Shown here piece after piece: positions 62,726-64,000 of a DNA stretch of 64,000 nucleotides. A model generated the notes under the pieces. It had not been told where the DNA came from. It did not search any database and was given only the letters and a program-made list of their open reading frames with translations. This DNA comes from Psilocybe cubensis. Taxonomy: Eukaryota. Every line of letters starts with the position of its first letter. Within the stretch, counting starts at the first letter, position 1. The stretch spans positions 186,001 through 250,000 of the forward strand of contig CM039001.1 in assembly GCA_017499595.2 (NCBI GenBank), in the 5' to 3' direction. The position numbers were made by a program, and so were the translations under genes.

Positions 62726-63373
62726 ATGTACCAACCTGCTTCCAGCAACTCAACCGCAAACAACACCCAACAGGCAGATGCCGGCGCCTCCGAATCTCCC
62801 AGTTCCACAGTGATCGCAGCATTATTTATCTCAGAGCTTCTCCAACAAAACAGCAAAGAAACCGAACTCTACTTCTTCACCCTCGTCCGCTGCATATCCA
62901 ACCTCCGATCCGAGGTAAAGAACACCATCCAAAGCTTGACAACCAACGGCGACGACGACGATGTGGTGGTATACGGTGCATTGCTGCTGCTGCTCCGCTG
63001 CGCCAATTCCAAATCCCGCTTCCACACTTCTATGATCGATGGCTATGACCTATTCCGCACAGCGTACACAGTTGCGTTAAAGGCGTTCGCTGACAACAAC
63101 AATTCCATCGCCGGTTCCTACCACCTGCTAATGACTCTACCAAGCTTCTACACTGACGCCGTACTCTTCGCCCAGCGCGGGAGCGAAAAGAAGAAAGCCA
63201 AGTACACTGAGATCATGAAGAACATACGCGAAAGGATGGAGTCGGACGTTACCCGAAGCTCAGATACTATCCGGGGGATGATCGTTGAATTCCGGGGTAT
63301 ACTCGAAGATGACTTTGCTACGAAACATCGCAGGACGAGGTTTGGTTACCCGAGGAAGTTTGAGGCTGTTTGA
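62726..63373 (+). CDS. Intronless 215-aa protein, possibly a divergent Pho85-cyclin (Pcl)-like cyclin box
   Basis: TATAAAA at 62632 upstream; VVYGALLLLLR...YDLFRTAYTVALKAFADN resembles the Pcl pattern ALxyL.R...RLFxxAxxxAxKxxxD. Confidence 0.5.
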   Translation: MYQPASSNSTANNTQQADAGASESPSSTVIAALFISELLQQNSKETELYFFTLVRCISNLRSEVKNTIQSLTTNGDDDDVVVYGALLLLLRCANSKSRFHTSMIDGYDLFRTAYTVALKAFADNNNSIAGSYHLLMTLPSFYTDAVLFAQRGSEKKKAKYTEIMKNIRERMESDVTRSSDTIRGMIVEFRGILEDDFATKHRRTRFGYPRKFEAV

Positions 63374-64000
63374 TTATGATGGGTTAGTGATAGTAGTACC
63401 CGTAGGCGCTGGCGCTGTATATCAGGTATCAGGGATATCTTGATGGAATTTAAACAAGTAATTAGGTACCGTAGATTTTGTAGATAGAGCCGAGATTCTT
63501 TTTAATCAATTAATAACTGTTTATATCCCGGTATCAACGACATTGAATGTACTATTGTATTAACGATGATTGACGAAGCCTACGGAAGAAAACCAAATTG
63601 AACCGTCAATCTCTCAGTTGCCCATTGAAATAGCCCTCAATAATGCCTCTGAGCGTAATTTTACCCACCCCGAGAGACCGCAAGTTATATCATAACACGT
63701 ACGCAGAACTCCCATCTGGAAAGTCACTGACTAGAACCTACCTGATTCCAATTCCAAAGTATGTGTGGTGTAGTATACCTTGAAGTAGACTCACGAGGCG
63801 GACAAAGATGATGGAGAGAGATGCGGGAAAGAAGGTGGGCGTTTCCATTTTGAATAAGAGAAAAAAGAACAAAAATGAAATTTAATCTTGAGCCTGAAAC
63901 CTGAATCTCAATCTCAATCTCAAAGTAGGGTAACATAACCGCGAAGCATCAACAAACGAAGCATCAAAAAACGAACAACGAAAAAAAATCAACCCAACCA

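Overview
This is eukaryotic, intron-rich fungal DNA. The short GT-AG introns and the gene families point to an agaricomycete basidiomycete; that is an inference and the species is not determined. From left to right the window contains: (1) an AT-rich repeat relic; (2) a full-length but decayed Ngaro-type tyrosine-recombinase retrotransposon (2141-8819, minus strand) with A1-ORFs-B1-A2-B2 split direct repeats and a 1.6 kb insertion in gag; (3) an HNH-nuclease-like gene; (4) a predicted ~2,700-aa low-complexity protein whose Yippee/FAM72-like zinc module is scattered over ~3.8 kb; (5) three paralogous secreted Gly/Asn/Ser/Phe-rich ~100-aa proteins interleaved with two copies of a ~1 kb repeat; (6) a CYP512-like P450 divergent from an indoleamine 2,3-dioxygenase; (7) a BTB protein, a multi-pass membrane protein and an MFS transporter; (8) three tandem HsbA-like genes and other secreted proteins; (9) a second P450 and a BTB relic; (10) two atypical Rac/Cdc42-like GTPases lacking the catalytic Gln; (11) an MPG-like glycosylase and a divergent cyclin-like ORF. 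All family assignments come from motif recognition by eye and manual splicing. No database searches were run.
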